DNA of 63,931 bases, counting the filler, from Streblomastix strix (Eukaryota): the NCBI GenBank assembly GCA_008636045.1. It is 3 parts of 3 records of this genome, joined end to end, with 100 filler letters (N's around TTAATTAATTAA, not from the genome) between each part and the next. Parts side by side here need not be neighbours in the genome. Positions count along the whole stretch, not along the records: positions 1 to 21,266 come from SNRW01000385.1; positions 21,367 to 42,602 come from SNRW01000387.1; 1 more part is not named here. One strand, written 5' to 3'. Position numbers and translations under genes: made by a program. Shown here one piece after another: positions 13,479 through 25,037 of the stretch. Below the pieces are notes generated by a model. That model ran no database searches, was not told the DNA's origin, and was given only the letters and a program-made list of their open reading frames with translations. Position 1 is the stretch's first letter, and each line of letters begins with the position of its first letter.

Positions 13479-14310
13479 TACTTGAATTTAATTTGATTAT
13501 TTTTTATTTATTTACAAATTATCCATTCAATAATAAACAAATACTTTTATTATTACCAAACTTTGTTGAAAATAAGTATAAATAAAAATATTTTCTTCAA
13601 AGATTAATAATAGATTTTGCTAATTATATATTTAAAGTAAAATATCAATATGCAAATTTCTTTTTTTTTAAAAAAAAAGCCAAAGTATTGTTACTTACAA
13701 ATTTTGCAGAATCAAAGAAAAACATTTACTGTTTTCTTATATAGTAACATCCATTCTCCACAGTAAATGATATTTTTTACATTATATATTTTAATAGCCA
13801 TCTTTCTAGGTAGAAATCACCATTATAAAAATAAATCAGTAACATGATATAATTTCTAAGCATTTTTATAATTATTCATTTTGTTTTATCAGTGTAAATT
13901 CATTTTACTTAAAATATTTTGATTTAATGTTTTACTTAACAAAATTTAATATAAACAAAATTTAAATCAATTTTACTTATCTTTTACATAATAAATATAT
14001 AAATGAATAATATAATTCTAAATATATAATTCATTTTTATATTTTTTTAAAATATTTCATTTTTTTAAATTTATTTTAACTGCCAAAATAAAATTATTTT
14101 TTTTTATTTTGAAACTTTGTGAGAAAAACATTAGTTTATATATTATTGTAACATTTATCTATGAATTTGCAAATTTTTTTTGAAATTTTCTAATTATTAT
14201 CTTAATTACAACAATTTATATCTATATAATCTGAATTTCAAATATCAAATTTTTTTCAATGTTTCTTTTGATTTGTTTTATTTTGTACATTCTTTTTCAG
14301 ATCTACACAA

Positions 14311-15763
14311 ATGAACGCATTCCACTTTGCATATCTCGTGTTTAGCATTATACAAGTAGTATTAGGAGCCCATTCGATGATTGTCTCTCTGGCAATTTAT
14401 TTTCCATTGTATGGCTTTGGATACTTAACAATCTTCTGGCTTATCAACTCATTATGGTAATTTGCTTTTGGAATTGAAGGAATCATTTATGGAATAAGCA
14501 AAGGATGTAAATACAAGTATTATGCCTTCTTAGTAGCAAGCTCAATATTTATAGGTATTTTCTTCTTCTGGTCACTATTGTTTTTATTCCCGTGCGGAAT
14601 GATTCTTTCTAAAACTGAATAATGTAAAACAGAACATCAATAATCAAATAAGGAATCTGATAAAGAATATAGTTCCTATCAATTTACTGGTATTGATGTT
14701 TTAATACAATCTGCTATTTCTGGTTCGAAAGTTGCAACACTTTATGTCATGAATTTCAATGTTGATTAAGAATTTATTATAGTATTAAATTTAAATTTAA
14801 TTTAATTTAATGAATATTTAATATTTATAATCATTATTTATTATAATTAATTTAAAAATTATATTAATTTAATATTTTAATTATTTTTTATAATAATTTA
14901 GCTTGTACTTGCTACATTATACACATTTCTTGGTTCAGGGACATTATTATTGATTATCAATATGTGTATATATAGTTTTAAATGCGTATCATGCCCAATA
15001 ATTCCAATAGGAGCTACATTACTTAGTAATTTCTTTCAAGCTATTGGATGTGTCTTAACCACATTTTATTGCAACTGTCGTGGAGTTATAATTACTATTT
15101 TTGCAGCAATTGTATCATTAGGTTTAGGAATTTCAATGACAATAATATTTTCAAATGATCTAGAAGCAGAAGATTCAAGAAATATTTTTAGAATTGAAGT
15201 AATTTTTTTAGTAGCTATTGGATGGGTAGTACTTTTTCTATTTGCCGCAATACATAAATGTTGTCCATGTAATAACTCTTAATTTGATACTGATAAATGC
15301 TGTTCTTCATGTTTTTCTTCAATTTCTAAAGGTTGTTCAAATTGTTGTAATAGTTGTTCAGAAAGATATTCTAATTATAAGTAAGAATAAGAAAGAAACG
15401 ATGAAATTAAGTAATAAAGAAAAATTGAAGAGAAAGAATAAAAAAGAATATAAAAAGAGGAAGATTAATAAATAAAAGAATAATAATAAAGAATAAAAAC
15501 AGAAGAAAAAGAAAGAAGAAAATAAGAAGAAAAAGAAAAAAAATAAAAATAATAATTTATCAAATAATAGTAAGAAGAAAATAAAAGAAAATAATAAGAA
15601 GAAGAGTAAAGAAGAAAATTGGAAGAAGAATAAAGAAGAAAAGCATAAGAAGAAGAATAAAAAAGATAAAGTTAATTATAAAGTAAAGGAGAGAGATTTG
15701 TTGTTCATGAATAATAATAATAATAACTTTAAGATAATTTTGTTGTTCGTTTTGATAGTTCTT

Positions 15764-15805
<42 letters not shown>

Positions 15806-16092
15806 CTTAAGATAATTTTGTTGTTCGTATTGATAGTTCTTATTAATAATAATAAAAATAATAATAATTAGATATTGAAACTATTGTCAATTTTGATTAA
15901 CTTAATTAATAATTATTAATAAAAAATTAACAACATCTACAAAAAAATATAATTCCAACAATTATATTAAATAACTCTTCATCTTCTGATCAAATTCTTT
16001 CCATCCAACATTAATCAGTTTATTAACCACCATAAATAATATAATTATCAAATTAATAAGCAATAAACCCATAACGTTCCACAAAAAAATGA
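14311..16092 (+). CDS. Hypothetical multi-pass membrane protein with Cys-rich juxtamembrane segment and E/K/Q-rich tail
   Basis: ATG 14311, intron ~14782-14901, TGA 16090-16092. About seven hydrophobic segments (e.g. FHFAYLVFSIIQVVLGAHSMIVSLAIYF; IEVIFLVAIGWVVLFLFAAI), then HKCCPCNN..KCCSSC..GCSNCCNSC, a coiled coil and (TAA)n poly-Gln. Confidence 0.7.
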
Positions 16093-17010
16093 GATCCTAT
16101 ATTAAATTAATGGATTTTTTACCTTCAAATTTTGAAGTTTTTATTTATTTTTTTATTCTATTCAACAATTACTTTTTTTAACATATACTCAATATATTCA
16201 TCTAATCTCCATCTACTTAATAATAAATTAATAAATCCATCTTACCAACAAGAGGATGACTTCCGAAGATTATAAATAAAGTTTGTTATTATTAAATAAG
16301 CATGTTACGATTGATATTTTTTTGCTCAAAATGTCTGGCCAAGATTTTTCATTTGTCCAAGAATACCAAATGTTAAAAAATTAATTTCAATAATGAAAGA
16401 AATTTGAAATTTTTTTAAAAAAAATTATATTAATATTTTCATAGAAATTTTGTACATTATATTATTTTCTAATTATATATTATTTATATTAATAAACATA
16501 AATAAATCAAATAAATTTTTGATAATTGTTTAGTTTTGTTTGAAAATTATATGCAATAGTTAAATTTGTTGAAAAATATCGTATTTAACATAATAATTTT
16601 AATATTTACTAATTTCAAATTTATTTTAGTTATTTATCTTCAATTTATTACAATAAGTTTCAAATTTGTTAGCATTGATTAGAAATCTGAATTTTTTTTA
16701 TTTATTTTTAATTTTTTGAGATTAACTCATCAAAAGTTAGTATTAATATTTTATTTTGCAAATAATCATAATTCCTTAATAATTTTGAATATTTCCTATA
16801 ATTTTAATCTAAATTCGTACAATTACATAAAATTTATAACTAATTTTATTATTTAAATTTAAATTTCTTATATTTTCAATATTTTTTATTAATTTATATT
16901 TTTTTATAATAATTAATTAAGAAATTTTGACTGGGATTGACGAATCATATAAAGTTAACTTTCATATTTTACTATACTCAGATAGAATTGTATGAGCATT
17001 TTATTTTATT

Positions 17011-18290
17011 ACTTTTCCACTTTATTATATGTATACTTCAATTAATCCATTAGTATTTCATGTTAATATTCATACAACTACGTTTTAAATTAGCTCGGAA
17101 AATGATAATGAATATTGTGGACAGTTGGGATGGCCATTTTTAACAATTGATTTTTCTCTTTCATAATGTACAATTCAACATCCAACAATAACTTAAAGAA
17201 TTATTGGAATTATTGAAATTAATGAAATAATAGTTAATGATTGCAAAGGAGTTAATGGAGGAGGGATTCAAATAAATTGTCTAAGCACTTAAAAATAAAT
17301 TATTAAAAGAATATAATTGACTGATTGTGTTGGAACTGGAAAAGGTGGAGGAATATATTGTATTATTAGTAATAGAGAAATAGAATTAGATGAAATTACA
17401 ATGAATGATTGTTCTGGATTGAATTGAGGATGTATTTATACAAAATTGAGTGGAACTGGTAAATTGACTATTACAAGTTACACTGTTTAAACTGCTTCAG
17501 GACTTGGTGGAGCCATATATCTTTATATATAAATAGGAAAAGAAATTAAATATGATTTAACAAGTGCAAGCTATTCAACTGGAAATGAAACTTAATACGG
17601 AAAGAATTTATTCATTAATGCTGCTAATCTTAGAATTGCAGCATCTATTGGAGATGCATCACGAATAAAACTTGGAGCATTAAATCCAGAAATCGATTTA
17701 TATAATCTGATAGGATATGATGGCGTTAATACATTAGCTATCCCACTATATTATGTATACACAGCAATTATTAGTGATATATATCATGTTAATAATGCAG
17801 CATCAAGTTATACAATTGGATCTAGATACGACAATACTTTCTGTGGACATTATGGATGGCCATGTTTAACAATAGGATATGCTATTGATCTAAGTGGAAG
17901 TGCATCTGAAAAGAAAGTTGGTATTATTACCGGATATACATCTGGTATAGATTAAGGAAATGATAATATTGGATGTGGACATTTTGATTATCCTTGTTTA
18001 ACAATATATTATGCAATTCAATAAAATGGAAGTGCATCTGCAAAGAAGGTTATGATTATAAATGAATATTAATTGAATTTCATTGTTAATGTGAATTTAG
18101 AAGGTATATTAATACAAAGATATATTGATGCAGGTATATGCAGTTCAATTTCTGATAATTCTATTGTCCAAATTAATCCATAATGATAATTGTCGATAAC
18201 ATCTGGAACCATCTTATTTAATGAAGTAACATTTAAAATAGAATAATATCAATTCAAAATTTATCGATAATAAATAATTTTCAAGATGGA
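17011..18290 (+). pseudogene. Fragment of a parallel beta-helix (pectin-lyase/Pmp-like GGAI repeat) surface protein, disrupted
   Basis: One frame: PLYYMYT...YCGQLGWPFLTI...DCKGVNGGGIQI...DCVGTGKGGGIYC...DCSGLN*GCIY...SGLGGAIYL...YGKNLFINA...AIPLYYVYT...FCGHYGWPCLTIGYAI...GCGHFDYPCLTIYYAI. In-frame TGA at 17425-17427 and 18184-18186. No clear start or signal peptide. Confidence 0.75.
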
Positions 18291-18667
18291 TAAGTTTATG
18301 CAAAATATATAAAATATATTCTATTTAGTTTTGGCTTTACGTATTATTTTTATTGATTTTTGTTTATTATTTTAGATATAATTTCATTTAAAAATTCGAT
18401 AGTTTATCATACCTTCAATAAAATATGTTAAGTATTAGAATTATGATATTTGGTCTGAGTTTAATTCCAATAATATAAGTATAAGCTTGTAAAATTAATC
18501 CATATGTTTCTTAGTTTATTGGAACATAAAATGTGAGATTTTTTCAAAAAATTGTTTCAATACTGTTTTTCTTGGTAAGAACTGATTAATTGATGTGTGT
18601 TTATCATACAAATCATATAAAATATAAATGTAAGTATAATAATAGAAGAAAAAAAATTTCAAATTCT

Positions 18668-18730
18668 GATCCGGATCGGCCAAGCCAGATCGGCCAAGCC
18701 AGATCGGACAAAGTTTGGCCGATCCGATCC
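18668..18730. repeat. GC-rich motif array: GATCGGCCAAGCCA x2 plus a degenerate third copy and one inverted copy
   Basis: Direct 14-bp units at 18674 and 18688, variant GATCGGACAAAG at 18702. GGATCGGCCAA (18673-18683) is the exact reverse complement of TTGGCCGATCC (18715-18725). Confidence 0.9.
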
Positions 18731-18881
18731 TCCCATTAAAAAATTTCCATAAATTATTTTTTTCAGTTTGAAACATTTCATATATATTGAATATAAATTA
18801 TGTATATTTAAATATATACTAATATATTTATAATACTAATCATCGTAAATATCGTCAATAAAAAAAAATTTTTTTTTTATT

Positions 18882-18941
18882 TTCGGACATTGAATGTCCG
18901 AACTCAAGAAAATGTCTGGCCAGGACACCAGAGCCAGACAT
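18882..18941. repeat. Two adjacent inverted repeats built from one ATGTC(C/T)G motif
   Basis: TTCGGACATT-g-AATGTCCGAA (18882-18902, perfect 10-bp arms) and ATGTCTGGC-N12-GCCAGACAT (18912-18941), preceded by an A9/T10 palindrome. Confidence 0.9.
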
Positions 18942-19691
18942 GCCTTAACGTACTTATTATTAAAATAAAAAATAATGTTAATAGTATATTTATGTTGATC
19001 AATCATTCTTATTAATTTATATTTATTCATATATATAAAATAATAAAGAAAAGGATATTTTGACTATCCTCCCAATTTGACATAGTTTGAAATAGCATCA
19101 TAGTTTAAAGTGAGATTCTTACAATTTCAAATCATTAAACGCAAATAATCTTCGTTACATGTCATTTTATACACCTTTTATATATTTATTTACCTTTACC
19201 TTTTTATTTTTTTATTTTATATTCCTAATTTAATTTATCTTCTCATTATTTCTTTTATAATATTTTGTTATTTTTTCAATGGTTTAAATAATTAATATTA
19301 ATTTTTCTTTATTTAGTAAAAAATAAAAAATTTACATTTCATATAAATATTTAAGGAGTAAGGATAATAAACTGATAATTATTTACTAAACTAAAAAATT
19401 TTCTTATTTTATTATATCTCAATATTTCTAAATTAGCATTTATTTCATGCAGAATATGATGTATATATTGGAGATGCCAGAAATGCCTGTCCCATTTTCA
19501 AAAATCCTGCACCAATTTTGTTTTTGCCTCTTTTTGTTAAAAAAAATAATAATTAAAAAATTAAAAAATTTCAATTTTGTATAGGAATAGATTTTGTTAA
19601 TAATACTTAATAAGTATTTTATTATTCACATTAATTAATATTTATATTAATTAATATAAAATCTTTTTCTAGATCAAAATATAAAATAACT

Positions 19692-19940
19692 GGGGGCAAA
19701 GTAGAGCAAGCTCTTTTTAAGACGAGAAATCCAACATGATATTTCAAAATTGTATATAAACGTGCTCATTACTATTTTAAATCTTTTCTAGTTACTAATT
19801 TTTTGATTAATTGCCCGCAACAGTCACAAAACTAAAAAGTGGCAGCTGCGCCCAATTAAAATTTTATGCCACCAATTAAATTTTTCCCCCCAATTAAATA
19901 CTGATGTCTCCAATTAAAAGTTTGCCCTACTTTTTTCACG
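19692..19940. mobile_element. Possible MITE remnant with imperfect TIRs and a subterminal CCAATTAAA x4 array
   Basis: AAAGTAGAGCAA (19698-19709) vs reverse complement of TTGCCCTACTTT (19922-19933), 11/12 identical. CCAATTAAA occurs at 19852, 19872, 19890 and 19910. Confidence 0.35.
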
Positions 19941-20677
19941 ATATGTCATAACTCAATATTCAGATAACTATATTTTATTTAATTAATATGAATATTTACT
20001 AGCGCATTTGAATATCATTAATAAAATTTAACTAACTTTTGACATAAGTCGCGCATTTTTAATTTTTTCTATTTACCAACAGATACACTATATTAAACTC
20101 AAAATAATTAATTCATTCTTATAAATTCCAAAATATTTAAATTTTTAAATACAAATCAGTACAATTCATTCCTGAATATACATCTAAAACGATTTTCATA
20201 AAAAAGATAAGAAAAATTTTTACTTTTTGCTTTAATTCAAGATAAGTTTGCTACATACAAATTATTTTTAAATATATTATAATAATTCAAATCCATAATA
20301 TATTAAATTTCTATAAAATAATAATTAATCGTAAAAGATAGATAAATTTAGTATGTCCAAACCAAAACTCGATATATCTTTTTTATTTAATTAATATATT
20401 TAACTATTTAAATTAATTATCATATCTTTTAATAATTTTCTCATATATATAGTATTTTGCTAGAAATGTTATATTAATAAAGCCCTATTTTTTAATAAAA
20501 CTAAAGAACTTAAACGAATAAATCTAAGAAAAAACTTTATCTGAAAGCCTAAATTAATAATTTGTTGACTTAAATTGATAGAATAAAAGAAACAAAAAAT
20601 GAAAAAATATAAATTTTCGTTGATGCAACAAGTAACGATCTAAAAGAACAATAAATCGCAATTCGAACAATTTCTGT

Positions 20678-20730
20678 ATTTCACAACTGGGTAGGGTCAT
20701 TTCACAACTGGGTACTTTTGCACAACTGGG
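20678..20730. repeat. CACAACTGGG x3 short direct-repeat array
   Basis: ATTTCACAACTGGGTA at 20678 and 20699 (16 bp, 21-bp period), third core at 20721. Confidence 0.9.
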
Positions 20731-21266
20731 AACACTTTTCTGTTTTCAAACTTATAGATACGATTTGGTTGAAATTAATATATGATAAATAAATCATAAT
20801 TCTTAGAAGCATTGTTTTTCAAATATTGGTTATAATCTCGTTGGCTTGTAAAAAGCTCAGAAAGTTCAAAAAAGTTAATTTCTTGGATGAGTTAAAATTA
20901 CATAATAGAATAAATTTATCTTGCACAATCACATGCACTTGTTACGAATAATACAATAACAAAATTTTCAGTGTTGCGCTGGTTACAGGGAGAATTACAC
21001 AAAATATGTCATGTTTGTTGCACGCTGAAAACAATACTACACATTCTATATTTTATCATCTTTTAAATGTCTATATATTTAACAAATTTTCATTTATAAA
21101 TTAATTAATATATCTATACAAATAAAATTCGACTTTTGTTAATTTTCAGGCAAATTCGCTCATATTTATATATCCACATATTATTTCTTTCAGAATTTGG
21201 TTTTATTCTTTAAATAAATTAATTATAAATATAATAAGATATAATTTAATATATTTATATTTATTT

Positions 21267-21366
21267 NNNNNNNNNNNNNNNNNNNNNNNNNNNNNNNNNN
21301 NNNNNNNNNNTTAATTAATTAANNNNNNNNNNNNNNNNNNNNNNNNNNNNNNNNNNNNNNNNNNNN
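21267..21366. other. Artificial contig linker (N44-TTAATTAATTAA-N44)
   Basis: Exactly 100 bp, with a six-frame-stop 12-mer centred in Ns. An identical linker lies at 42603-42702. Confidence 0.98.
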
Positions 21367-23531
21367 TTATCTATTTTATAAAGATCAATAAATTTAGTCA
21401 ATGAATGATGGAACAGTTTGATTTATACATTATTATGATATTTAATAATGAATATTAACAATTTTTACTATACAGCACCAAGAATAAATTCATATTGATA
21501 AATTTCCAACAAATGATACAGATATAAATCAAATTATTCCAGAAAACCAATTTGATAGTAAAGAATCAAAATATCAAAAGAATTAATTATCATCTAATAA
21601 GAACTTTGCAAATTCTAAATAAGATAAATAGTTTTATTTTGGGTTTTATGATAATTAAAAATAAAAGAAAATCTTTTGAAATTAATATAATTAATAAATA
21701 ATTTAAAAAAAATTTCATTATAACACTGCAAATTCATTATTCTTACAAATCAATTAAGAAAATTCTTAATTAAATTTTGATAAAGATTAACATTCTAAAT
21801 TAAATTAATAAGATTAGTAAAATAATAGCAATATTAATTAAGAAATTATTTAAGAAGTTAAAGATATTAATAAACAAAATTTTAAAGAAAATCCATTTCA
21901 ACATTAAATTGAAATAGAAATAAAAATGAAACCATCAGAGAATAATGAATCTAATAAAATAGAAATGAAATAGATAAATGATAAATATTAATATATTGAG
22001 CAATTTAACAAATTGAAAATAGAATTTCAAAAAGAAATACAAAATAATGAAAAAATTAATATGGTAAATAAAATAAATTAAATAATTTAGAGACTGAATG
22101 AAGATGAAATAGAATTGATAATTGATAATTAATTTTGCAATGAAATGATAGTTGAAATTGTTTTGTGCAAAACGAAGAAAGAAAAATGAATTGAATATAT
22201 ATAATTCAATAAATAGCATTTCGTGGAACGAGTGTTTGGCAATTTGAACACATCAACACATTCCATAAAATAATGGATGAATGTGGATTATTAAATAAAA
22301 TATATAAAATTAATATAAAAAAAATATAAAAAATAAAGAGAAAAAAAAATATATAATTATAATCACAAAACACTGTAAAGATTAACTAATGCATACTACT
22401 ATCTTACCAAAGACTTTTATCTTTGTGTACAATAATAGGATATGAATGTTGATTATTTCATATCAACAATTAATAATTATGTTGAATATATTAAGATCGA
22501 AAGTTATATTTGCATCAGCAATATAAATGAATTTAATAATAAATATTTTGAAAAGAAATTATTGAAAATTATTTAACCATTTTCTGCACTGTCATTCAGA
22601 TAATGCCAAGTATTCATTAGTGATAATAGTTACGAAGAATATTTACTGCTTTAACTTATTTAACCTCTTCTCCATATGAATCGCTCTGAGAAACTTCATT
22701 GTGATTAAAGAATTATTCTACCGGATTCATAATTATTATACGAACTTCATGCATTGATTCTATCAGTTTTATATATTCCTTTATGGAAATATACATTTAT
22801 TTATTAAATTATTTATAATAATCATGACAATTTGAATCATTTATATTATTTGATAATTAATGCTGCAATTGAATTATCTCCTCATAATGAATAATAAACT
22901 AATTAATAATATAAAATTTCTCCAATGAAATCATAATAAATTTAATAGATGAAAATTTAATCAAATAATAATACTTCTCTATATCATAAAATATACTTTG
23001 AGTGTTATTACATCTATCGTCATAGTAATATTATTTCTAATTTTGATTAGCATATTGATAAGATATCATCAATAAGCAACATTTTCCGTTCATTAATTGC
23101 ACTTTCAAGATTTAATTGATAAGCTGAATATGAAGACATAACCATTGCAAAATTAACTCAAATAGTTCGAAAAGGAAGTTTGAATTGTTTATGCAATATA
23201 TTTATAATATAGGAAACTTAAATATTTAAAAAATGATTATTAAAGGGAAACAGTTTATATATATAAAGTGTTTATCTAGTCGATTGGAGTTGGAGGAGGA
23301 AGTTGTGAAAGAGATATCTTTGGAATCAGTCATAATGCATTGTTTAAATTAGATATTATATTCACTAGTAATCACCTCAGAAATAATTCAAGTCTAATAT
23401 ATATAATTAAATAAAAAATTAAAAAATAAATTGAAGATGAAGGAGGATTTGAAGAATACGATATACATAATTTTCATATTAAAATTAGTTTATTTGAAGA
23501 TTAAATCAATGAATTTATGAATCATTAGTGA
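21367..23531 (+). pseudogene. 5'-truncated, disrupted member of the 'IEEEGG.EE' helical family
   Basis: After an intron (~21417-21475), one frame runs ~1.8 kb with TGA at 22187, 23117 and 23234. A frameshift in a TA run (~23260) precedes KVFIQSIGVGGGSCERDI...KKQIEDEGGFEEYDIHNFH, which ends at TGA 23529-23531. Confidence 0.6.
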
Positions 23532-24366
23532 AATTAATTGATTATTTGTATTAATGTACAATTATTGTTATCAATTGAATCTCTTTTACATTCACTTTCA
23601 CTTTATCATCATAATTATCTTTAAAAGAATTAATTATTATCATTTACTATAAAAACTATGTATAAATTCTAGAAAATAATTATTTTTTCATTTTATTCTT
23701 CTAATCATTTCATTTTATTCTATTATTAATATTTTTTTAAAAAATATTACTTTAAATCTTTTTATATTTTCCATAAAAATTAATATTGAAAACATTCATT
23801 AAGTGTAAACTCATTTGGGTAATTATTTGCTGAATTCAAGGGTAGATAACTTTTATTTTTGCAATAAAAAATCAAAATAAAAATAATAAAACTTTAAATT
23901 TTTATATAACAAACATATTAAATTTATTTCTTCGTCAATTAAAAAAAAAATAAAATTTTTTTTTATTTATTTTCTGAATAAACGAATATTTTATGTATAA
24001 AATGTAAAAATTTTCTATTAATAATAGTATTTTAAATTTTAAACATATTTTAATTTGATTTAAATGAAAATCAGCCTAAAAAATATATTTGTAGAAAAAG
24101 TTATAAATTTTAATCAAGTGCTGATTTTGCAAATTTTTTTATTAAAAATTTAAAGTAACTAAATTATATATTAAAATTTTAATTCTTAATAGAAAAGTTA
24201 TCCATCTAGTACAAAACCTTGAATTGTGCAAATAATTACCCATTTATTTATTGGCTATTTAATCAGTGATCTTATACAAATATTTGTTCTATATGAAATG
24301 AAATTTTTTTAAATAAATTAAAATGAATAACAATGGAATGAAATTTATTTGAAATTTCAAAAACAA

Positions 24367-24410
24367 TACAGGGTGGTGAAAAAACACGTACTCGGGAATT
24401 ATTTCCTAAG
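24367..24410. mobile_element. Possible solitary Tc1/mariner-type terminus
   Basis: TA|CAGGGTGG... in an otherwise AT-rich intergenic region. CAGGGTG after TA is a common Tc1/mariner TIR start. No partner end was found. Confidence 0.2.
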
Positions 24411-25037
24411 GCATAGAAATATATATTAAATTATTTATATATATGTATTACACATACAAAGTACTACATTTTTCATACAATCCATATCACTCATAGATAA
24501 GCTGGATATTAAGTATCTATTAAATATTTCAAACATATTGATACTTTTTTATATAAACACCTTAAAAATTCTTTGTATATATTTTATTATTATTCATTAT
24601 CCTAATTAAAACTCGTCTTTCAGTATAATAGACCTATCTAAACAATATTTTAGTTCAGAGCAAATGCGAAAGGATCTATTGACCTCAAAATGGTTCGTAG
24701 GCGTGTTTGGGAATGAATAGACTACGACCGTGAAAAACTCATCATTTATCACGTTGATGTTTAGTGATTGTAATATTCAAGAGATTTTTTTTCTATTCGT
24801 GCTTCTAGTATTCGATTTGTTTCCAATTTGTTATAATAAATAAATATTGTTTTAAATTGTTTGATATCATTTTATTGCTAGATTTAAGTTAGAAATAAAG
24901 AAGTGCTTAATACTCAAAAAAAAATAAACTCTTTGAATTGGATTATGATGCATAGAAGTAGGATTTTATTTCTTTCTACTATTCTTTTCATTATTATTTA
25001 AATATCTAATCAATATTTCTTAAAATATTCTTTTTAT

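Larger units (their letters stand above)
16297..18956. mobile_element. Candidate non-autonomous TIR DNA transposon (8-bp TSD, hAT/MULE-like ends) carrying gene fragments
   Basis: Left end TAAGCATGTTACG vs reverse complement of right end TAAGTACGTTAAG (10/13 identical). Related subterminal ATGTCTGGCCA motifs lie at 16331 and 18912. TTATTAAA flanks both sides (16289-16296, 18957-18964). No transposase is present. Confidence 0.3.

Noticed and set aside
15710..15870. (TAA)n runs as non-coding microsatellites or stop clusters
   Set aside because: They are in frame within the membrane-protein CDS and encode poly-Gln.
18668..20730. CRISPR-like arrays
   Set aside because: Repeats are only 9-16 bp with 0-11 bp spacers and 3-4 copies. 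There are no cas genes and the context is eukaryotic.
21311..21322. TTAATTAATTAA as a biological motif (also 42647-42658)
   Set aside because: It is centred in exactly 44+44 Ns at both gaps, which marks a synthetic six-frame-stop linker.
24685..24730. tRNA suggested by GGTTCG
   Set aside because: No T-arm stem or cloverleaf can be formed. No tRNA or rRNA gene was recognised anywhere in the window.
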